A DNA stretch of 64,000 nucleotides from positions 62,001 through 126,000 of the forward strand of contig OZ025660.1 of NCBI GenBank assembly GCA_964019335.1, read 5' to 3'. How positions within the stretch are numbered: the first letter of the stretch is position 1; each line of letters starts with the position of its first letter. Below the pieces are notes generated by a model, which saw nothing but the letters and a program-made list of their open reading frames with translations, was not told the DNA's origin and did no database searches. Made by a program: the position numbers and the translations under genes. Shown piece by piece: positions 58,473 to 64,000 of the stretch. The DNA comes from Diplonema japonicum (lineage: Eukaryota; Protista; Euglenozoa: Diplonemea).

Positions 58473-60327
58473 TCACTTCATGCTGTCATCGTCGCAGTCC
58501 TCGGTCGTCCCTGTCCCCGTGCCATCGGACTCTCGGTCGGCTTCCATGTCCTCCTCCTCCTCTTCTTCCTCCTCCTCTTCTTCTTCTTCTTCGCCGTGTT
58601 CCACATCTCTATGTTCTGTTTTTCGCAAGGATTGTATCTTCGGAACATCTGGCGACCAGATCCTTATTGCCTTATCATCTGAGCAGCTAGCAATGATGTC
58701 AGGATACCGTGCGTTCCACGCAACGCTGAGGGTTGAGGTGCTTAGTTATTACATAAGATTCATACCAGTTCACCATCTTGCTGTGACCTTCCAGAGACGT
58801 AAGCACTTCACCTGTCTTCTTGTGAAGTATCACCACCTTCCCGTCTTCGCTCCCTGACAACACGAAGTTCTGTGTCGCACCACCGAACACTGCACGCAGC
58901 ACGTACTTGAACTGTTTTATCCCATTGTACTTATGGACCATCCTTCGTAGCTGCAAGTCGTACAAATGGATGCACCCCTTCGACTCCTTCACGGAGATAC
59001 CGCACAACAAGTACCGCCCGCATGCAGACAGATCACACGAAGTTAGGTAGTCGTCCTCTTGTATAACGAAGACAACAGGGTCCACCTCAGGCTCACCTGC
59101 GTTCCTTCCACGTCCCGGCTCCAACGGCACCAGCGTTGTGCATGGCTCTGTCTTTGCCAGGTCGTAGCATATGATGCGCTTTTCCGAATCAATCGTGTAC
59201 ATGAGCTCCCCTGTCGAGGTGACGACCAGGTCCAAGACACGCGGGACGTACCACTTCTGCAGCAGCGTGCCATCTACGTTCCACTTCAGCACCCGCTTGT
59301 CAACGGCAGCAGAGAAGAAAGCCTTCCCATCAGGCATCCAGCACACAGCCGTTACATCATCGTTGTGCCCCGCAAAAGTCTGCAGCAGCGTGCCTGTGGC
59401 TACTTCCCAGCATTTCACTTTGTGATCATTTGAGCATGAGAGGATCTTTTTGTCATCAGGAGAAAAGGCAGTCTTCGTGATGCTGCCCCGGTGTGCCTTC
59501 AAGACGTGGTTGGCGTGCATTGCGGTGGAGTCCTTACGCTCAAGAAACGTGGCAAGGTCGTACAAGAGGAGGGTGGCGTCACGTGCACCACTGGCCAACC
59601 ATCTCCCGTTGTGGGAGAACTCGATGTGCCATACCTCGTCCTCATGGTCGTCGAGGAGCATCTGTGTGTACCTAGGCAGCGAAGAGTGGTCGCTCCTCAG
59701 GTCGTGCAACAGTGTGTGGTTCACAGACTTGTCGTTTAGATACATGCACCGCTCACGTTGATACTCCTGAGCCTGCTTCAACAGACTGCACAGCCTGTCT
59801 TCCTCCAGAAGGACTGAGCTGCTGATGTATTTCTGTATGCTTTTTAGCAGGTCTTTCCTGGAATGGCCGCGCCTCCCGTCCCAGTCTGCCCTCCCGTACA
59901 AGACGTCCTTCCCACCGCAGACGATCATCGTAGACAAGTGGTGCAGCTCTGCGCTGTCGTCACTGTGGGGGGTTACCTTGTTGCGCAGAATTCCAAGTGC
60001 AGCGACCTTGTTGCCTGCCTCAAGCTCCTCGAGGTACTGCTGCTTGTAGATGAGGAAGGCGATCCTCTTCTCGTGGGGTGCGTTGTCGATGTTTAGTTTA
60101 CTTATCGCTGTGAGAGCCTTGTCCCAGTCGCCGTCTAACACGCCCTCCCTGAAGGACGTAGCGTCCGGATTTTGTAACGCGACGCCGCTCTCCTCCTGCA
60201 GTACTGCCGCGCTTTTATTGTGCCCCAAGCCGTGCAGCAGTTGCATCGTCAGCCTGACTAGCTCTGCTTTATGTGCCGTGATATACGGGTCAGTGTGGCT
60301 AGGCATCTCACCGCCCTCTGCATCCAT
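58473..60327 (-). CDS. WDR26: WD repeat protein 26 / GID7 (LisH-CTLH-WD40); start uncertain
   Basis: ELVRLTMQLL..LG...SA..LQEESG, VLDGDWD, QQYLEEL, HEDEVW, SGSEDGKV; a 40-nt intron completes GHSKMVNCVAWN...ASCSDD. Confidence 0.93.
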
Positions 60328-60439
60328 CTGAAGGGCTTCCTCCTGCACCCTGCGAACCTTCAGAGCACCACCCCCTGTACTAGGATAGGCCCGCCTTTTC
60401 CCTAGCCTTCCCAGTGTAACTATGTGTACTCCTGTGTGA

Positions 60440-61300
60440 CGATGTATAGAGAGGAGTATCTATTGTGAATAACACTTAAGGACCCAGTGGCACACCAATG
60501 GCAGGAAGTAGGTGCAGTTCTCGCTATTTATTTCTTTCTCAAATAAAGGGACCTTCCGCTGCCGCCTTGCCTTGTTGTGCAACAGATCTTTTCGGATGTT
60601 AAGAAGAGAGGAGAGGAAAGGCACGCAGCAATGACAAAGGCACCGGGTCCGGGTAGAGTGGCGCTCTTGCACGTCATGCCCCCTCGCTCCGGTGCCTGTG
60701 TCTCAGCAGCAGCTTCCTTCTTTTTGTTTTGTTCTAAAAAAAGAAAGAAAGAATGAAGACAGGAAAAAAAAACCAAAATAATAACCCAAGACTAAGGCTA
60801 AGGGGGTCGTCGGGGCACTCAATCAACCGCTTTTAATTTCTTTTTTTCCACTTTTCTTTGCCCCTTCCCCTTCATTATCTGGTACTTTCCAAATTCCTCG
60901 TTTTCACCTTCTGTTTGTGTCACAAAGCAGAAAACTACAGGAAAACAACCACAAAATGAAGAGGGGAGGGGGGGGTGGAGAGATGGTTATTAAAAAAAAA
61001 CGAATTCAGCACCCCGCATTTGAACCACTATTAAAAGAAAGGGGCCAGAAGTTTAACAAAGAAGATCTAAGATCACGAAGAACAAAAAAAAAGATAAAAA
61101 ACGAGGCAGTGCAGGTAGGGAAGGACACGGGCCTCATGAGGGGTACACAGTTATTAAAAAAAAAAAAAAAAAAAAGAAAACAGGAGTTAGACGCCAACGA
61201 AAGGCTTTTTTTTTTTCTCTCTCTTTTTTTCTCTTCCCTTTTCTTGCTGCCTCTTCTTGAAGCACAAAGAAGCCTATAGTACGGCATACAGAGACAGTGC
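60440..61300 (-). other. Long homopolymer-rich spacer, probable porin 3' UTR
   Basis: Non-coding, long T/A runs. Confidence 0.6.
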
Positions 61301-61308
61301 CCAGCGGG

Positions 61309-62232
61309 CTACGCCTCGGTGAACAGCAGCTCAGCACCCATCTTAAGGTCTGTGGGGCTGCATAAGGGACCTGAGGCGTGAAGCGTGCCAGTAATATGCT
61401 GCCACGTGCTGTGGTTGGTTTAAAAAAACGCATTTCTTTTTTTTTTTTTTTTCAGTGCGACATACTGCGAAAGCGAACCGGAACACTTGGCAGAGGAGCT
61501 TTTGCCCCCGTCGACCGCTAGGTGGACAGCGTTCTTCTTGTCAGCAGAAGCAAGTGCGAGCGCGGCGGTGCAGGTCCCGTTCTTCATATCCGCCTTCACC
61601 ACACCACGGACACCTTTGGAGGGTTCATATGAAGTGAAGATAGTAGGTTTTGACAACCCAACCTCACATGAGGGGGATGCCCACAGCGCACCAAGGAAGG
61701 AGTTTGAAGTGGGCTTCACCGCGATGACCGCCTTGTGTGACGCAAGCTTGGACTCAGCAACGACGGCCTCTGCCCCTGCCACAAAGGACCTATAAGAAGC
61801 TGTTGAGGAGAAAGTGAACATAGGAGCTGCAGGGATGGTGAGATTCGCATGTGCGACTACTCTGAGCGGCTTGAAGGATGTGATGTCGGTTTGCAAGACA
61901 GGGCCTTCGTTCTGCCCGAGCTTTATGTCGCCTCCTAGCGTGACGCCTTGGAAGGCACCACTGACCTTCACTCCAGCGGATGCCTTGCAGCCGTTTGCCT
62001 TCTGTGTCATGCACGGTAGCACTGTGACCTGCATGCCGTTCTTCTCCCACACGTTGATCTTCCCCTCAATTTTGCCCTCCATCTTTCCCTTGTTCACCCA
62101 GAAGACATCGTCGGTGTGCACGCCGTGTGCCTTCGTCTTGTGCCTTATGCTGAACTCCCTCCCGCCTGTCTTTGCTAGCACATCTTGAACAGGTCCCAGC
62201 AGCTCTTTGAAGGTAGGGGGGATGGCGGCCAT
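61309..62232 (-). CDS. VDAC: Mitochondrial porin (VDAC-like)
   Basis: N-terminal IPPTFKELLGPVQDVL, amphipathic beta strands; 57-nt intron 61409-61465 gives C-terminal KMGAELLF beta-signal-like motif; ~288 aa. Confidence 0.75.
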
Positions 62233-62249
62233 GTTTTCCCTGTTTTTAT

Positions 62250-64000
62250 GAAACTGTAGTGGGACAGGGAATGAGAGGGGGGGGGAAAGAAAAAAAAGGA
62301 CAGAAATACAGAACCAGATGAAGTGAGAGAGAACAACAGAATGCACAACGCGTGATGGGGGGAGGGGTGCCCACCCAAGAAGAAAAACGGTATGAAAACC
62401 AATAGGGACACAACAACAGAGAAGAAAAACTAGCGGGTGGAGAGGGGGTCAGATGGGGCGTGGGCTACCTTTCCAATAAAAAAAAAAAAAAAGACTACCT
62501 CCAAAGAGAGATATTTTGTAGACCTAAAAATATAAAAAAAAAAGGAAACTGGAGTTTACCCCATAGACTTCAAAAAAAAGGGATTTTGCGTTACATAAGG
62601 TAATAATAAGGGAACACGTGTTATCACACTCTTCATCACCCCCCCAAAAAAACGGGGGGGGGAAATCAGAAAGAGAAGTGATACACAATCTTCTTTTTAT
62701 TCTAAGAAAAAAAAAGAGAGGAACTGGCTTGTTTTGCACGTGTCGGGTAGAAACCTGGATAAGTTCATAGCCGTATAAACACATTGCTAGCCTCCCCCCC
62801 CATTTGTTTAGACAAGCCAAACGACTCGCTCTTACAAAAAGAAAAAAAAGAGAAAAAAAATACATATGGACTGCCGGTATCAATAAATCAAATGGCCGAT
62901 TGTCAAAAGGAAACAATGGAGTGAGGGAGAGAGAGAGTGCACTATAGAAATACAGCCACGTAACAAGGTAGTTGCGGCCTTTAAGATCTTCTCCACCAAA
63001 AGCCCCCCTTAAAAAAAAAAAGACTCCATAATTGGCATTACGGTACATAATGACCTCTGATGGCGGCAGTGAATAGAAATAACAAGATATTAGGTAGAAC
63101 AAAAAAAAATTCTTTTGCTTGTACGTAACAATCACACTTTCTCCCCCTTAGTAGGGAAAAAAAAAAAAGTGGCCTCTTCTTTCTTATTCTTCCCCCTTTT
63201 CTTTTTCCTGCCTGTCTTTTTTCTTTTTCTTTTTCTTTTTTTTTTTTAGAGAAAGAAATGAAGTATAAAAAAATAGGAAAAAAATTATTTAAGCTTTCAC
63301 ACACATTTTGATTGGGGTGTGGGGGGGGGGGTTCTTTTTTCTTTTTCTCCCCCTCCCCAATCTTTTCTCTTTTTTTCTCGGGGAGAAATACAAAAAAAGA
63401 AGGGAGGGAAACTAGATTTCTTTGGGTTTGTTTGTGGGTTTAAAACACACTGCTAAAAACCCCTCCTTTCTTTTTTTTTTCTTCTTTTCGTTAGACAAAA
63501 AAAAAAGTATTATAAAAAGAAAAAGAACTGCTGGAAAAAAAACACTATGATAGGGGGGGAAATGTGTTTATAAAAAAACACTTGCTAATGGTAGAGAATC
63601 AGGAAATGTGAGTTGAAACGTGCAATTCTTAAAAAAAGCCCCTTCCACTCCACTGTGTCTCATTCTCTTACCTTCTATTCTCTCTTGGGTTAGTGGGGAG
63701 CGGGCTTTCGGAGGCCTTTATTTTCTTTCGTTTTTCTTGTATCCCTTTTCCTGTGAAAATAAGCCCGGCAACCCCGTTCTTTTTTTCTTTTTCTTTTTTT
63801 GTCTTTTTCTTTCTTCCTCAAAATGTAAAGTGTGCGCAGAAGCTTCTTTCTATTCTTGACCTTAAAAAAAAGGAATCGAAGGCAATGGGCCTGTAATACC
63901 TGTTGCATGCTGCTGGGAGCCTGTAGAAAATAAGCCCCAGCGACCTACCATGAATCCTTCTTCTTTTTTCGTTCTTTTTTTCCCCCTTCTTTTTTTCTAT
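62250..64000 (-). other. Low-complexity non-coding region, probably UTR of an upstream gene outside the window
   Basis: Dense A/T/G/C homopolymer runs, no credible ORF. Confidence 0.55.

Noticed and set aside
60460-63908. Phe/Lys-rich ORFs in the terminal and spacer regions (also 19300-20060 and 1009-1284)
   Set aside because: Products of homopolymer runs in non-coding DNA

Overview
Compact eukaryotic nuclear DNA, most likely a euglenozoan of diplomonad-unrelated, diplonemid-like type. That placement is inference from a trypanosomatid-type mevalonate kinase, pseudo-calpains and the unidirectional gene order. I reconstruct about 31 protein-coding genes, all on the minus strand from ~62.2 kb to ~1.6 kb. 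Many are separated by only 34-90 nt, and they are interrupted by about 60 hand-identified GT-AG micro-introns (27-57 nt, donor mostly GTATG). These introns account for nearly all of the broken or overlapping ORFs in the six-frame track. Recognisable genes include RNase T2, Aladin (AAAS), a Pumilio protein, an ER-type EEP phosphodiesterase, CNOT9, an O-fucosyltransferase-like protein, mevalonate kinase, a TMEM181-lipase fusion, two inactive calpain-likes, NFS1, a calmodulin-like protein, two SPFH paralogs, a CCAR1/DBC1-like protein, RPA3, a ~3265-aa surface protein, TTL, WDR26 and a VDAC-like porin. Decayed inverted-repeat elements lie at the 3' end of the cluster (1-1600) and inside one Aladin intron. 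The best candidate for an undescribed system is the RNA-processing architecture: a polycistron-like array with spacers apparently too short for kinetoplastid-style coupled polyadenylation/trans-splicing, combined with dense, phase-0-skewed micro-introns that appear to be gained readily. All gene models were read by hand and none is transcript-verified.
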